A DNA stretch of 64,000 nucleotides, from assembly GCA_902796855.1 (NCBI GenBank), contig CADBQN010000049.1:305-64304 (forward strand), written 5' to 3'. The notes under the pieces are model-generated. The model was given only the letters and a program-made list of their open reading frames with translations. It made no database searches and was not told the origin of the DNA. Position 1 is the stretch's first letter, and each line of letters opens with the position of its first letter. Positions 8,773 to 16,616 of this stretch are shown piece after piece. Origin of the DNA: an uncultured Bacillota bacterium (GTDB lineage: Bacteria > Bacillota > Dehalobacteriia > UBA7702). Position numbers and translations under genes: made by a program.

Positions 8773-10194
8773 TTAAAAACGAAAATCGCGGCCCTCGCCT
8801 CTGGCGATGAGTTCCAGATTCTTTTTCGTGATCTCTTTCGTCCGCTCTCTGGGGATCCGTTCCAGTTCCCTTTCGATCAGCGCTTCGCCCAGGGCTTTCG
8901 TCTCCGGCGCGGCGTAATCCGATAGGTATTCCTGCAGAGTCATCAGAGCGTTGGGGTGGCAGCAGTTCAGGATCTTGCCGCTCTTGCAGAGGGACATAAA
9001 GCGGTCGCCGGTGCGGCCTTCCCGATAGCAGGCCGTGCAGAAACTGGGGATGTATTCCATTTCCATCAGCCAGCGGATCACCTCGTCGAGACTGCGGGTG
9101 TCGCTGACATCGAACTGAGCGGAGTTCTCGTAGGCGGGTTCCGGTTCAGAGTAACCGCCGACGGAAGTACGGGAACCGCCGCTGATCTGAGAAATGCCGA
9201 GATGAAGGACGCGTTCGCGGCTCTTTTGGGATTCCCGGGTGGAAACGATCATGCCGGTATAGGGCACGGCGATGCGGATACAGGCGACGAGTTTTTCAAA
9301 GATATCGTCGGCCAGAGCGTTGGTAAAATCGGCCACGTCAATATCGTCGGCGGGGCAGAGCCGCGGCACGCTGATGGTGTGGGGGCCAACGCCGAAAACG
9401 GCTTCCAGATGCTCGGCGTGCATCAGCAGGCCGGCGAACTCGTAACGGTATTTGTCGAGGCCGAAGAGGACGCCGAGACCGACGTCGTCGATGCCGCCTT
9501 CCATGGCGCGGTCCATCGCCTCGGTGTGGTAGTCGTAGTCGTGTTTCGGCCCGGTGGGATGAAGTTCCAGATAGCTTTCCTTATGATACGTTTCCTGGAA
9601 AAGGATGTAGGTGCCGATTTCCGCGTTCCGCAGTTTCCGGTAGTTCTCGACCGTCGTGGCGGCGATGTTGACGTTGACCCGGCGGATCGCGCCGTTTTTA
9701 TGCTTGATGCCGTAGATCGTGCCGATGCTTTCCAGGATATATTCAATGGGATTCATTTTGGGATCTTCGCCGGACTCGATGGCGAGGCGCTTATGCCCGA
9801 TGTCCTGTAGAGCGATGACTTCCCGCTCGATATCGGCCTGGCTCAGCTTTTTCCTGGCGATAGTCTTGTTTTTGCGGTGATAGGGGCAGTAGGTGCAGCC
9901 GTTGATGCAGTAATTGGACAGATAGAGCGGCGCGAAGAGGACGATGCGGTTCCCGTAAAAGTCTTTTTTGATCTGTTCCGCCAGGGCGTACATCTCCCTG
10001 TTTTTTTCCTCGATCTCGCAGTCCAGGAGCACCGCCGCTTCCCGGTGGCTGAGCCCTTTCCGTTCCCGGGCCTTTTCCAAAATGGCGTCGATCAGCTCGG
10101 CGTTGTTTTTGTTCTTTTCGGCATACGCCAGCGTTTCCAAAATTTCCTCGTGATTGATGAATTCTTCCGCTTTTTTCGACGCGGGGTTGTACAT
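8773..10194 (-). CDS. hydG: [FeFe]-hydrogenase H-cluster radical-SAM maturase (tyrosine lyase)
   Basis: Radical-SAM motif CINGCTYCPY, ThiH-like body and C-terminal auxiliary cluster motif CTACYREGRTGDRFMSLC...CC. Start set at ATG 10194 (MYNPASKK, GGGAG RBS) rather than 10239. Confidence 0.9.
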   Translation of the reverse strand: MYNPASKKAEEFINHEEILETLAYAEKNKNNAELIDAILEKARERKGLSHREAAVLLDCEIEEKNREMYALAEQIKKDFYGNRIVLFAPLYLSNYCINGCTYCPYHRKNKTIARKKLSQADIEREVIALQDIGHKRLAIESGEDPKMNPIEYILESIGTIYGIKHKNGAIRRVNVNIAATTVENYRKLRNAEIGTYILFQETYHKESYLELHPTGPKHDYDYHTEAMDRAMEGGIDDVGLGVLFGLDKYRYEFAGLLMHAEHLEAVFGVGPHTISVPRLCPADDIDVADFTNALADDIFEKLVACIRIAVPYTGMIVSTRESQKSRERVLHLGISQISGGSRTSVGGYSEPEPAYENSAQFDVSDTRSLDEVIRWLMEMEYIPSFCTACYREGRTGDRFMSLCKSGKILNCCHPNALMTLQEYLSDYAAPETKALGEALIERELERIPRERTKEITKKNLELIARGEGRDFRF

Positions 10195-10281
10195 TCGATC
10201 ATCTCCCTTTTCATCGTCCCGGTTTTGCCGCCGAAACATTTTTTATGGTTTCAATGGTTTGAAATCTGATACTCTTTCGGC

Positions 10282-10545
10282 TCAGGAAGAACCGGCGGAT
10301 TTCGCGTAGACAGCCTTGGCGCTGACCCCCGGCAGCATGCCGATTTTTCCCGAAACGGCGCTGATCTCGTTTTGAGGCGCGTCCAGAACGACGCTGATAA
10401 TGGAAATCCCCTTATCTGCGTAGGGCAGTCCCATCCGGCCGATGACATATTGGCGATAATCGTGCAGAATCTTATTGATGCTCTCCGCCGAGGAAACGTC
10501 TTCCACGACGATCCCCAGTAAAACGGTGCGCGTTTCCGCAGACAT
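10282..10545 (-). CDS. TM1266-family putative iron-only hydrogenase system regulator (ACT/NikR-C-like small protein)
   Basis: 87 aa, MSAETRTVLLGIVVEDVSSAESINKILHDYRQYVIGRMGLPY...ISAVSGKIGMLPGVSAKAVY. This resembles the T. maritima TM1266 family as I recall it (IVVED...SGKLG..GV.K). AAAGGAG RBS 6 nt before ATG 10545. First gene of the hydG-hydF operon. Confidence 0.75.
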   Translation of the reverse strand: MSAETRTVLLGIVVEDVSSAESINKILHDYRQYVIGRMGLPYADKGISIISVVLDAPQNEISAVSGKIGMLPGVSAKAVYAKSAGSS

Positions 10546-10677
10546 ACGAAGCTCCTTTCTGAAAAACAAAAAACCTCCGCGCGAAGACGCGAAGGCCGCC
10601 GGCGGGAATCCTCCCGCGGCAGTGTCATCTGACGCCTTCTCACTCAGGACGAACCTTTATGATCAGTGCTTTCTCTT
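10546..10677 (-). promoter_or_regulatory. Structured 5' leader with intrinsic terminator (attenuator or riboswitch candidate, class unknown) upstream of the TM1266-like/hydG/hydF operon
   Basis: Reverse strand after the promoter carries several hairpins (GCGGGA-GGAU-UCCCGC, self-complementary CCGCCGGCGG). These are followed by the CCUUCGCG-UCUUCG-CGCGGAGG stem (10574-10595) and UUUUUUGUUUUU, then the RBS. Upstream GAAGGC can pair with the terminator 5' arm GCCUUC as an alternative fold. Confidence 0.5.
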
Positions 10678-10706
10678 ACTATACCACATGGGTGATAAAA
10701 CAGCAA
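10678..10706 (-). promoter_or_regulatory. Sigma-A promoter (extended -10) of the hyd maturation operon
   Basis: Reverse strand TTGCTG (10701-10706), 17 nt, TG-G-TATAGT (10678-10683). Confidence 0.5.
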
Positions 10707-10805
10707 GCACGATTTCGTGACGAAAACAAGTCCGAACCGAGGACGGAAGGGAGCGTTTTGCCGTAAAAAACTTGACGGGGCGACCGCCTAAATTTCGCGA
10801 ATATC

Positions 10806-10834
10806 TTGCAAAAAAACCGAAAAACCTGTATGAT
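10806..10834 (+). promoter_or_regulatory. Putative sigma-A promoter of the LTA-synthase-like gene
   Basis: TTGCAA (10806-10811), 17 nt, TATGAT (10829-10834). Confidence 0.45.
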
Positions 10835-10869
10835 ATAGGTAGTTTGTTAAAGAAAGCGGAGATGCTGTT

Positions 10870-12741
10870 TTGAAAAAGCATACGAAGAAAAAAATCCCTT
10901 CTCTCCGTGTCGGCGTGATACCGTCCGTCCTTCTGATCTGTCTTGTCTCCATTGCCGTTTTCATCGGGATGATCTTTCTGGCTCCCTCGGATTATACGGA
11001 CTTTTATCTTGACAGCTGCGCGGATCAACCTTTGCTGATCTTTCTGAACCTGGCGCCGATCCTGCTGGTCGCCTTCTTCTTATACGGTCTCACGGCCCGG
11101 GCGCCGTTCTCCGCCGCCGTTACGGCAGCGCTGTTCCTGACAGCGGGTGCCGTCAACCACTACAAGATCCTGTTCAGAAGCGACCCTTTCATCTTCGCCG
11201 ACCTGACGCTGTACAAAGAAGCCGCCAGCATCCTCAAAACCTTTGATTCTTCCCTGTTCACGGCGGTGATCTGCGGCGCCGTCATCGTCGTCATCCTCCT
11301 CGTCCTGCTGGCCGTCTTTTTCCGCGGCAACGGGCTGAAGTGGCAGGCGCGGGTGTTTTTGCCGCTGATGTGCCTGTTCTGTGCCGTGATGCTGTATTTC
11401 AACCTCTACACCAGCTCCGAAGTGTTCAACCGCTTCCCCGTTCCCGGCAACGTCTACAATCAGGCGGAGCTTTACTCCTCCCGCGGCTGGACCTACACAT
11501 TTATATATGATATCCATAACCAATTCGAGAAAGAGCCGGCAAACTACGTCAGAACATCCTATCGGGAAAGGGAATCGGCGGCGGCCGCGGCCGATCAATT
11601 CAGTGAAACGCCGAAACCCCACATCATCATGATCATGTCCGAGGCCTTTTCCGATTTGAGCGAAAACGAAAACTTCTCTTTTGCCGGATACCGCGATCCG
11701 CTGAAAAACTACAAAAAAATCGCCGACGAAGCCGTCGTCAGCGGTCATGTCGCCGTCAATACCATGGGCGGCGGCACCGCCAGAACGGAATACGAGGTGC
11801 TCACCGGCATCAGCCTCCAGTCGTTCTCTTTCAGCGCAAACCCTTATACGATGATCCGAAAAGACTTCCCGAATCTCACCTCGCATTTAAAGACCATCGG
11901 TTACGATACCATCGCCATCCATCCCGGTTACGGCTGGTTCTATAACCGTCAGAACGTCTACCGCTATTTCGGATTTGACAGCTTCTATGATATTGAGAAC
12001 GGATTTGAGGACGAAGACGACTTCCAGGGCGGCTATATTTCGGAAACGGCCACATATGATAAAATAGAAGAAATCGCCGAGCCGTACCTCAGCGGTGAGG
12101 CGGAGGATCCCGCGTTCATCTTCTGCGTCACGATCCAGAACCACGGCGGCTACGCCATGAAATACGGCCCCCTCGAACCGAATTTCCAAACGGATCTTGA
12201 CCTTACGGAAAACCAGAAGAATCTGCTTACCAACTACTTCCGGGGCGTCATTGACGCCGATGAGGAATTGGGGGATTTCATCGACTCCCTGCGGAAAACA
12301 GAGGAACCTGTCGTGGTTGTCTATTGGGGAGACCACTATCCCTCACTGGAAGATACCTATGAGCGGACAGGCTACGGCTACCAATTTACGGGCGACGCGA
12401 CGGACGCTCCGAACGGTTATTTTACACCGTTCTTCATTTGGCAGAACGACGCCGCCGCTGAAATGACTTCCTGCGAGGACAACGCCGAAGCCCATGATCT
12501 CTCCGACGACTCCGTTTTCAACGCCGCGTATTTAGGGAGCACGATGCTGCAGCTCCTTGAAGCGGAGGAACTTTCTCCCTTCATGACTTTCGCGAACGAA
12601 CTTCGGAACCAGGTGCCTGTCATTGGGTGGTACGGATTCGGTTCCTTCGACGGAACCATTACCGAAACACTGCCCGAGACCGAAAATGAAATGATGGAAA
12701 CATATAAAAAGTGGTCCTACTATCAGATGTTTGACCGTTAG
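10870..12741 (+). CDS. LTA synthase family protein (membrane-anchored sulfatase-fold phosphoglycerol/phosphoethanolamine transferase)
   Basis: 623 aa. N-terminal multi-TM region, then a sulfatase-like domain with HIIMIMSEAFSD and NTMGGGTARTEYEVLTG (Thr nucleophile context). TTG start with GGAG 7 nt upstream. Confidence 0.75.
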   Translation: MKKHTKKKIPSLRVGVIPSVLLICLVSIAVFIGMIFLAPSDYTDFYLDSCADQPLLIFLNLAPILLVAFFLYGLTARAPFSAAVTAALFLTAGAVNHYKILFRSDPFIFADLTLYKEAASILKTFDSSLFTAVICGAVIVVILLVLLAVFFRGNGLKWQARVFLPLMCLFCAVMLYFNLYTSSEVFNRFPVPGNVYNQAELYSSRGWTYTFIYDIHNQFEKEPANYVRTSYRERESAAAAADQFSETPKPHIIMIMSEAFSDLSENENFSFAGYRDPLKNYKKIADEAVVSGHVAVNTMGGGTARTEYEVLTGISLQSFSFSANPYTMIRKDFPNLTSHLKTIGYDTIAIHPGYGWFYNRQNVYRYFGFDSFYDIENGFEDEDDFQGGYISETATYDKIEEIAEPYLSGEAEDPAFIFCVTIQNHGGYAMKYGPLEPNFQTDLDLTENQKNLLTNYFRGVIDADEELGDFIDSLRKTEEPVVVVYWGDHYPSLEDTYERTGYGYQFTGDATDAPNGYFTPFFIWQNDAAAEMTSCEDNAEAHDLSDDSVFNAAYLGSTMLQLLEAEELSPFMTFANELRNQVPVIGWYGFGSFDGTITETLPETENEMMETYKKWSYYQMFDR

Positions 12742-12766
12742 CGACAAAAAATCGGGAGAATACAAA

Positions 12767-14365
12767 GTGAAACAGAAATTAACCTTAATCATTGTTCTTT
12801 TTTCAATAGGCTGTCTTGCCGCGGTCCTTCTTTTTTCTGCCAATCACTTTACTCCCGTGAACACGGCACCGGAAATCTGTACCGACGCGGCGGATACGTT
12901 TCGTTTCACCGACATGGGAAACGGGAAAAAACATTTTGAAAACGATGTCGACGGGTACTTTTTGGACGTGCCCGCGGATTACTCCGTTCACATGGGACAC
13001 GCGGATGTCTTTGCCCTTTTAAAAAATGACACGACGCGGATCGAAATCTACCGGGAACCCACGGCGAATCAGGAGGAACGGGATATCTACATCGGCTATT
13101 CCAATCGTTTTTTGGAAAACACCGCGGATTACACCGCGGAGCAGCAGACGACAGAGCAATTCGGCGATAATTACGCTTTTGTCACCGCCTGGAAGCGGGA
13201 AAAAATCACCGCCCGGGAAAAGGATTACAATTTCTTCGTTTCCCTTGACATGTTCATGGAGGGGAACATCTTTTCCCTCTTTATCAAATCGACCGAACCC
13301 ATCGACAAAGAAGAATACGCCGCCATCGCGGCGAGTTTCGGCGTCATGGCGATTACAAAAGAGTATACCCCGCCGCAGACCGCCGCCGCGGACATCGCCG
13401 CCCGGCAGTGGAACAAAGAGACGGAAGAGTTCTATCGGCGCTGTTTCGCTGAAAATACCGACCTGATCTGGGGCTTGTTCGATCAGGAATTCTGCGATTT
13501 TCATTTTGATCAGTATCAGGAGATCGAAAAACGATTGGATTATGATTTCCCCGTCATGATCTGGTATAACAACATCGCTCCCGAGCCGAATTTCACTTAC
13601 TGGCATAACCTTCTGAACGAATCCTACAAACGCGGCAAAGTATTGGAGCTCACGCTCCAGACAACCGACGCGGAAACAGGCAGCGGGAACATGATCTATC
13701 GTGTCCTGAACGGCGAATATGACAATTATCTGGATCACTACGCTCAGACCATCGCCGATTTCGGCCATCCCGTTCTCTTCCGTCTGGCCAACGAGATGAA
13801 CGGTGACTGGTGCGCTTATTCCGGATTTCAAACGGGCAAAGATACCCTGGTCTACCGCGAATTTTATCGCTACGTATACGAAAAATTCGAGAAAGCCGGC
13901 GCGAACAAAAATGTCATTTGGGTCTGGAATCCCAACGGCAGATCGATGCCGCCTTTCAGCTGGAACGACGCTTTTATGTACTATCCCGGCGATCCATACG
14001 TCGATATCGTCGGCATGACGGCCTACAACACCGGCACTTATTACGCGGAGATCGGAGAACGCTGGGAAACGTTCCATCAGCTCTACGCCGATCTTTATCA
14101 GCAGTACAGCCAACGTTTCGGGCAGCCTTTGATGATTACCGAATTCGCCTCGGCCAGCGCCGGAGGGGATAAGGCGCACTGGATTTCAAATATGTTCCAG
14201 CAGATCCGGTTCTTCCCCAGAATCAAAATGGCTGTTTGGTGGAGCTATTGCGATTACGATACCGACGGAACCATTGCCCGGTCTTATTTCATCAACGAAT
14301 CGGAAGAGGTGCTCGACGCTTTTTACAAAGGGCTGCACCATAAACAGACCCGTTTTTTTGAATAA
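12767..14365 (+). CDS. Membrane-anchored protein with C-terminal glycoside hydrolase family 26-like domain
   Basis: Signal-anchor KLTLIIVLFSIGCLAAVLLF. GH26-type acid/base motif FRLANEMNGDWCAYSG and nucleophile region LMITEFASAS. Start set at GTG 12767 (GGGAG RBS). The track ORF starts at 12731 and overlaps the previous gene. Confidence 0.6.
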   Translation: MKQKLTLIIVLFSIGCLAAVLLFSANHFTPVNTAPEICTDAADTFRFTDMGNGKKHFENDVDGYFLDVPADYSVHMGHADVFALLKNDTTRIEIYREPTANQEERDIYIGYSNRFLENTADYTAEQQTTEQFGDNYAFVTAWKREKITAREKDYNFFVSLDMFMEGNIFSLFIKSTEPIDKEEYAAIAASFGVMAITKEYTPPQTAAADIAARQWNKETEEFYRRCFAENTDLIWGLFDQEFCDFHFDQYQEIEKRLDYDFPVMIWYNNIAPEPNFTYWHNLLNESYKRGKVLELTLQTTDAETGSGNMIYRVLNGEYDNYLDHYAQTIADFGHPVLFRLANEMNGDWCAYSGFQTGKDTLVYREFYRYVYEKFEKAGANKNVIWVWNPNGRSMPPFSWNDAFMYYPGDPYVDIVGMTAYNTGTYYAEIGERWETFHQLYADLYQQYSQRFGQPLMITEFASASAGGDKAHWISNMFQQIRFFPRIKMAVWWSYCDYDTDGTIARSYFINESEEVLDAFYKGLHHKQTRFFE

Positions 14366-14441
14366 GAAGCGGGGCCTGCCGCGGCAGGCTGAAGATATTT
14401 GAGACATTCAAAAAACGCGCGCCAAAAAACGCGCCGCAAAA

Positions 14442-14478
14442 AGAACGCGCTCCCATTTGCTTCATGGGAGCGCGTTCT
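14442..14478. terminator. Bidirectional intrinsic terminator between convergent genes
   Basis: AGAACGCGCTCCCAT-TTGCTTC-ATGGGAGCGCGTTCT, a 15-bp perfect stem flanked by an A-run and a T-rich run. Confidence 0.7.
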
Positions 14479-14511
14479 TTCTGTTGACTATTTCGTTGTT
14501 CAGTGCGGGGC

Positions 14512-15498
14512 TTATTCCCCAACTTCCTCATCGTTGAAGAAAGCGATGCAGTCTTTGGCCATCTGTTCGGGGATTTCCCACTGGAGGTTGTGACCGTTGC
14601 CTTCATAGGCAATGAATTTCGCGAAGGGAACATATCCTTTCAGCTCGTTCTGGAAATCCTCATTAAAGAAACCATCTACAGAACCCCAAAGGATCAGCGT
14701 CGGAATGGAGTCATCCAAATAGGGATAAAGCGGAACCATATTGGACATAGCTTCGCCCCCGGCGATGCATTCCCATACGTCACCGGTAAGTACCTGAGAT
14801 TCTTCCATTTCATACTTGAGGAATTCCTCGTCGACAGGATTGGGGTTTTCGTACCATCCCGCCATGAATTCGTCATCAGGGGTTCCGTCAGCGCCAAGGC
14901 TGATGCCGTATTCGTAAAAATCCGTTCCGAGCGAGGTAACGGTAACCGGAGCGGTGGATTCCCAGATAACATGATCGCATTTTTCCGGATAGAGCAGCTC
15001 AAAAGCCTGCGCCGTCATGCTGCCGAGGGAATGTCCGATGATATCGGCTTTTTCGATGCCTTTGGCGTCCATAAAAGCGGCGACATCTTCAGCAAAGTCA
15101 TCAATGGTGTAAAAGGTGTCGACCGGTTTATCCGTTTCGCCGTGGCCTCTGAGGTCGATCATATAGACATGATAACCGGCTTCGGTGAAATAGGGGGCGA
15201 TCAGCGACCAGGCGCGGCTGTTGTCGGTCATGCCGTGGATCAGCACGAGGGGATCACCGTCTTCGGTCCCCATTTCCACATAGGCCATGGTGATGCCGGT
15301 GGGCAGCTCAATTTTCTGACGATAGCTGTCCCAATCGGCCTGGGCGATTTCCATCTGCAGTTCCGGTGCTTCGCCTTCGGCGGCGGTGTCGGCGCTGCCG
15401 TCATCGGTGGCCGCTTCCTGACTGCCGCAGGCGGCAAACGCGAAAACAAGCGACAGCGCCAGCAAAACCACGAGCAACGATTGACTGAGTTTCTTCAT
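14512..15498 (-). CDS. Exported alpha/beta-hydrolase lipoprotein
   Basis: Lipobox signal MKKLSQSLLVVLLALSLVFAFAAC. Alpha/beta-fold motifs LIHGMTDNSRAW and nucleophile elbow GHSLGS. AAGGAGG RBS. Confidence 0.75.
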   Translation of the reverse strand: MKKLSQSLLVVLLALSLVFAFAACGSQEAATDDGSADTAAEGEAPELQMEIAQADWDSYRQKIELPTGITMAYVEMGTEDGDPLVLIHGMTDNSRAWSLIAPYFTEAGYHVYMIDLRGHGETDKPVDTFYTIDDFAEDVAAFMDAKGIEKADIIGHSLGSMTAQAFELLYPEKCDHVIWESTAPVTVTSLGTDFYEYGISLGADGTPDDEFMAGWYENPNPVDEEFLKYEMEESQVLTGDVWECIAGGEAMSNMVPLYPYLDDSIPTLILWGSVDGFFNEDFQNELKGYVPFAKFIAYEGNGHNLQWEIPEQMAKDCIAFFNDEEVGE

Positions 15499-15539
15499 CT
15501 GTACTCTCCTCCTTGAAGAATAAAATATCTGATAGGAAA

Positions 15540-15571
15540 AGTATAAACCTTCAAGGTACCTTGAAGGTCAA
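15540..15571 (-). promoter_or_regulatory. MerR-type promoter: TTGACC, 20-bp spacer, TATACT, with a perfect 22-bp palindromic operator in the spacer
   Basis: Reverse strand cTTGACCttcaaggtaccttgaaggtTTATACTttt. ACCTTCAAGGTACCTTGAAGGT (15547-15568) is its own reverse complement. It lies 17 bp after the merR-like stop and about 40 bp before the hydrolase ATG. Confidence 0.65.
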
Positions 15572-15587
15572 GAGAAAAAACAAATAT

Positions 15588-16409
15588 TTATTCTTCAATG
15601 GGGAGATAAACCTCCATCAGCCACTGATCCTCATTCAAAACGCTCCAGCAGTCAATGACGGAGCGTTCTATGAGATCGCCGCGAAGACAAAAGTTGTGCG
15701 CCGCCGCCCAGTCTTTCATTTCCGCCACCGTCTTGTCGATGGTGGCGAAGGAGCCGCGGTGGTAGCGGGAAACGACGGAAAAGCCGCCGAAGGGAAAGGT
15801 CTCCGAATTCTCTTCCTGAGAACCGATCAAAGGCCGCACCGTCTGAAGGTCGTTCCGATTGCCTTCGGGATAATGGAGATACAGCGCGCCGTACGTGTAC
15901 AGACCGGTATTCTTCTCCAGAATTTTTTCCGGGATCATCGTGTTGATCAGCAGATTCTCATAGCGGACGCCTTTAAAATCCGGCGGCGGCAGAGACACCG
16001 CCACGATCTCCGGCAGGTATTTCAGGGTGATGGGGTATTGTTCCATCCCCATCGCGCCGCGCCATTCGTGGATCAGGTCGATCCAAACGTCAATGGTACG
16101 GCGGCGGTACTTCGCCAGCTTCATTTCCTCACCAATGGCGGCGGATTTTCCCGCGAAAACTTCCTCCAAATAATCGAGATCATTCCGAAGCAGCGCCTCC
16201 CGCGCTTCTTTCAGGGAAAAGCCCAGATCCTTCAGAAAAAACAGAATCGGCAGTTCCAGCAAAACCTCCCGCCCGTAATAGCGATAGCCGTTTTCCTCAT
16301 CCACTTTGGCCGGCTTGATGACACCGATCTCATCGTAATAGCGCAGCTTTGAGGCGCTGACGCGGCAGATGCGGCAGACTTCTCCGATGCTGTATAAATC
16401 CTCTTTCAT
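15588..16409 (-). CDS. MerR-family transcriptional regulator with GyrI-like (AraC_E_bind) effector domain
   Basis: MKEDLYSIGEVCRICRVSASKLRYYDEIGVIKPAKVDEENGYRYYG is a MerR HTH. The remaining roughly 160 aa resemble a GyrI-like/SRPBCC small-molecule-binding domain. Start set at ATG 16409 (GGAGGAG RBS 6 nt upstream). TATAAT at 16430-16435. Confidence 0.8.
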   Translation of the reverse strand: MKEDLYSIGEVCRICRVSASKLRYYDEIGVIKPAKVDEENGYRYYGREVLLELPILFFLKDLGFSLKEAREALLRNDLDYLEEVFAGKSAAIGEEMKLAKYRRRTIDVWIDLIHEWRGAMGMEQYPITLKYLPEIVAVSLPPPDFKGVRYENLLINTMIPEKILEKNTGLYTYGALYLHYPEGNRNDLQTVRPLIGSQEENSETFPFGGFSVVSRYHRGSFATIDKTVAEMKDWAAAHNFCLRGDLIERSVIDCWSVLNEDQWLMEVYLPIEE

Positions 16410-16514
16410 TTGCATCTCCTCCATTTCCCATTATACGCCAAAAAAGAACGAAAGAAAAGGGTTTTCCTTCAAAGCCGCGTCAATCATCGCGGCGGAGGAG
16501 CAGAAAAATAAAAT

Positions 16515-16538
16515 CCCCTTCGTCCGCGCGACGAAGGG
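16515..16538 (-). terminator. Second intrinsic terminator downstream of the riboswitch unit
   Basis: Reverse strand CCCUUCGUC-GCGCG-GACGAAGGG followed by GAUUUUAUUUUU. Confidence 0.6.
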
Positions 16539-16616
16539 TGAATCGAAAGGAAGGAACCCTCTATAGAGGGATTGCCAGGTTGGCAACACAAAGTAGGGTT
16601 CAGAGGATAAGATCAA

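Noticed and set aside
10546-10677. Assignment of the hyd-operon leader to the guanidine-I (ykkC) class
   Set aside because: Only short fragments resemble the consensus (GGUUC, GUCCUGAG, ACAC). The conserved first hairpin and the ACGG..GGGA..CCCGGGAGA 3' half are missing. Left unclassified.
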